A stretch of 16,657 nt of DNA from Candidatus Fermentibacteraceae bacterium (lineage in GTDB: Bacteria > Fermentibacterota > Fermentibacteria > Fermentibacterales > JCC-6). Shown here piece after piece: positions 16,064 through 16,657 of this stretch (within the stretch, counting starts at the first letter, position 1; each line of letters opens with the position of its first letter). The notes under the pieces were generated by a model. It was given only the letters and a program-made list of their open reading frames with translations. It was not told where the DNA came from and searched no databases. The stretch spans positions 1-16,657 of the forward strand of contig JAWLEP010000050.1 in NCBI GenBank assembly GCA_041686025.1, written 5' to 3'. The translations under genes were made by a program, and so were the position numbers.

Positions 16064-16423
16064 CTACTCTTCCTCTCCTTCTTCCTTCTTCTCGGCGGTC
16101 TTTCCCTCTGACGGAGGGGGCTCAACCGGCTCGTCCACCTCGCCGACGCGCAGCGTCAGGAACCGCAGGCAGCTCTCGTTGAGCTTCAGGTAGCGGTCGA
16201 TGGCGTTGATGCCCTGCTCGTCCCCGGTCCAGTGGAAGAACCAGTAGGTTCCCTCGGTCTCCTTTCTGATCGGGTAGGCCAGCTCCCGCGCTCCCCACTT
16301 CTCCGTGTCGGAGTGGCTGCCGCCGTTGGACGTGATCACGTCCACCAGCTTCTTCTCCTCCTCGGCGAGGTCGGCCTCGGAGATGCCGGTCTTCCAGATC
16401 GTAGCGGTTTCGTACTTGCGCAA
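16064..16423 (-). CDS. rpsF: 30S ribosomal protein S6, 119 aa
   Basis: RKYET, WGARELAYPIRKETEGTY, LRFL; TTG start at 16423 after AAGGAG; rpsF-ssb-rpsR synteny. Confidence 0.95.
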   Translation of the reverse strand: MRKYETATIWKTGISEADLAEEEKKLVDVITSNGGSHSDTEKWGARELAYPIRKETEGTYWFFHWTGDEQGINAIDRYLKLNESCLRFLTLRVGEVDEPVEPPPSEGKTAEKKEEGEEE

Positions 16424-16610
16424 GCGATTGTCTCCTTCCGTTCCCTGCGGGGCGGCGCCGGAACGGAAGAGGCGGCAGAACGGCGGAGGGACCGCCGCGC
16501 CGTCGTCCCCGGTCCGTAGGGCGCCCTGGCCCCGTCGGGCTGCGGCCGTCAGGGCCGCAGCGAACGACTCATCATCCCCGCGCAGTGGCAGCGCGGGGCC
16601 CATCTTCAGG
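16424..16610 (-). promoter_or_regulatory. Structured 5' leader of the rpsF operon, including an SD-sequestering hairpin (candidate S6:S18 autoregulatory element)
   Basis: Stems at 16576-16583/16591-16598 (8 bp), 16539-16547/16553-16561 (9 bp), a CGGCGG/CCGCCG hairpin near 16481-16497, and 16435-16444/16460-16469 (10 bp, overlapping the SD). Confidence 0.55.
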
Positions 16611-16616
16611 CAGCCC

Positions 16617-16647
16617 AATCTATTGTCCCCCGACGCTCCCCTGTCAA
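16617..16647 (-). promoter_or_regulatory. Candidate sigma70 promoter of the rpsF operon
   Basis: Consensus TTGACA (16647-16642), 19 nt spacer, TAGATT (16622-16617), followed by a GC-rich discriminator-like GGGCTGC. The spacer is longer than optimal. Confidence 0.5.
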
Positions 16648-16657
16648 CCGCCAACCG

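Noticed and set aside
24..16519. Many long alternative-frame and antisense ORFs in the track (e.g. 122-1261 +, 1237-2487 +, 3080-4342 +, 4804-6237 -, 6150-8114 -, 9125-10333 +)
   Set aside because: They shadow well-supported genes, have low-complexity Gly/Pro/Arg/Ala or antisense-type composition with no motifs, and are expected in high-GC DNA with few stop codons.
16560..16612. Hammerhead ribozyme (CUGAAGA plus stem), fluoride riboswitch (GAUGG...UGAUGA) or cobalamin riboswitch (GCCACUG) in the rpsF leader
   Set aside because: No GAAA after the stem for a hammerhead, no P1 or pseudoknot complementarity for fluoride, and no B12 box.
1..16657. CRISPR arrays, tRNA/rRNA/tmRNA, IS elements, prophage or defence genes
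   Set aside because: No repeat-spacer periodicity, RNA gene signatures, transposase or integrase motifs were seen; nearly all sequence is explained by the listed genes.

Overview
GC-rich bacterial chromosomal window (likely an anaerobic fermenter; lineage not determinable here) with three blocks. (1) Minus strand 1-4288: HAD phosphatase and DUF4203-like membrane protein, then a tightly overlapping surface-glycan operon (membrane protein, GT4 glycosyltransferase, Fmt-like formyltransferase, polysaccharide deacetylase running off the left edge). (2) Plus strand 4400-8793, divergent from block 1: phosphate butyryltransferase, butyrate kinase, iorA and iorB, together a 2-oxoacid to acyl-CoA to acyl-phosphate to ATP module. 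(3) Minus strand 8861-16423: rpsF, ssb, a second tail-less SSB/PriB-like OB-fold gene, rpsR, DUF2232, rplI, tsaD, acpS, nnr, an HD hydrolase and an L-rhamnose-isomerase-like gene, preceded by a structured ~190-nt leader. The most notable observations are: the intact rhamnose-isomerase homologue that has lost most catalytic and metal-binding residues, the tandem ssb plus tail-less paralog at the priB position, the deacetylase/formyltransferase pairing, and the rpsF leader. No mobile elements, CRISPR arrays, tRNA or rRNA were seen. Family calls come from motif recognition, not database searches.
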